DNA from: Lingula anatina
Lineage: Eukaryota > Animalia > Brachiopoda
NCBI GenBank assembly: GCA_051362555.1
Contig: CM120644.1
Coordinates: 2,302,954-2,366,953, forward strand
DNA length: 64,000 bases
Reading direction: 5' to 3'
Shown here: positions 63,260 through 64,000 of the stretch, piece by piece
Numbering within the stretch: the first letter of the stretch is position 1
How the letters are laid out: the number at the start of each line of letters is the position of its first letter
Notes under the pieces: model-generated
Seen by the model: the letters and a program-made list of their open reading frames with translations, nothing else
Databases searched by the model: none
What the model was told of the DNA's origin: nothing
Translations under genes and position numbers: made by a program

Positions 63260-64000
63260 TTAAGTGTTAAAATCCAAATCATTCGGAGGAATGCAATGCC
63301 CCTCAATAAACCACCTGGTCAGCTCTCCCGGCGGGTACCATGTCCCCGGTTCACTGAGGCCGTTTAATTTGGCACATAAATCACAGTATACATGTACATC
63401 TGGCTTCGAATACAGTCCAACATACTGCTTCTTCCACTCTAAATATTTAAAATACGCCGTCACATTTGCGTCCAAATATTTCAGGTATTCTGCTAAATCT
63501 TTGGGAGATTTAAAATCATTCGTATTGATGTGCCACTCGGGTTTTATTCCAACCCTTGAATAATTGGCGGGACCTCTCGTAACCGTCACTATGTCTCGAT
63601 CCAACATTTTCCAAATTTTTTCCGTGACGTAATCAGTTGAGATACTATTCTCAAAGGACAAGTAAAACTTGTAGTCCATGCTAATGTTGTCCAAACAGTT
63701 TTAATCGTCGCGTATTGGACATTTTAAGGGGCCACATGCACCATACACGCCAACAGGGATGTATTTCTGAAGTTCTGAGACATATCTCTCTCGTTGACTC
63801 CGTGTCACACACTTGCTGACCATACAGGCGACCATTTTAGTTTTGTTGAGTGCAGTTTTAGTGTAATTTTTAGTAAGAGGCCTCGATCGTTTTTGGGCGT
63901 AACCATATGGGAAATATATCGTTGAATCTCTCCGAAATGTGATGGTCCAATTAAACATCCCCGCCCAAACACCCCCAGCTTCTTCGGAATAACACAAGCT
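63260..64000 (-). pseudogene. GT10 alpha-(1,3)-fucosyltransferase, unit 2 copy, nonsense mutation; 5' part beyond window
   Basis: Colinear with 17903-18640. AAA is changed to TAA at 63703-63701, just upstream of the YKFYLSFENS motif. There is also a 6-nt in-frame insertion within 63389-63396. Confidence 0.88.

Noticed and set aside
1-64000. tRNA, rRNA or other structured RNA genes
   Set aside because: None recognised by eye; tRNAscan-SE and Infernal would be needed to exclude them.

Overview
This is AT-rich eukaryotic (animal, probably mollusc or other lophotrochozoan) genomic DNA with GT-AG introns, microsatellites and many transposon remnants. Most of the window is a tandem segmental duplication of a four-gene minus-strand block: METTL27/WBSCR27-like SAM methyltransferase, proteinase-K/aqualysin-type S8 protease A, S8 protease B, and an intronless GT10 alpha-1,3-fucosyltransferase. 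Unit 1 (~1.9-19.3 kb) is mostly intact, although protease B has an 8-nt deletion in its signal-peptide exon. In unit 2 (~22.4 kb to the window end) all four genes are disabled and the unit is swollen by insertions. Unit 2 alone carries a ~13-kb block (~50.0-63.0 kb) with the two most notable genes. One is a 925-codon uninterrupted ORF resembling bacterial VioB/RebD/StaD bisindole-coupling enzymes with a C-terminal ferritin-like domain. The other is a spliced 92-aa prepro-peptide with a CS-alpha-beta defensin cysteine array, which the ORF track shows only in part. Comparing the two units also reveals TA-to-TACATGTA transposon excision footprints, some inside coding sequence. All exon models and alignments were made by eye; no searches were run.
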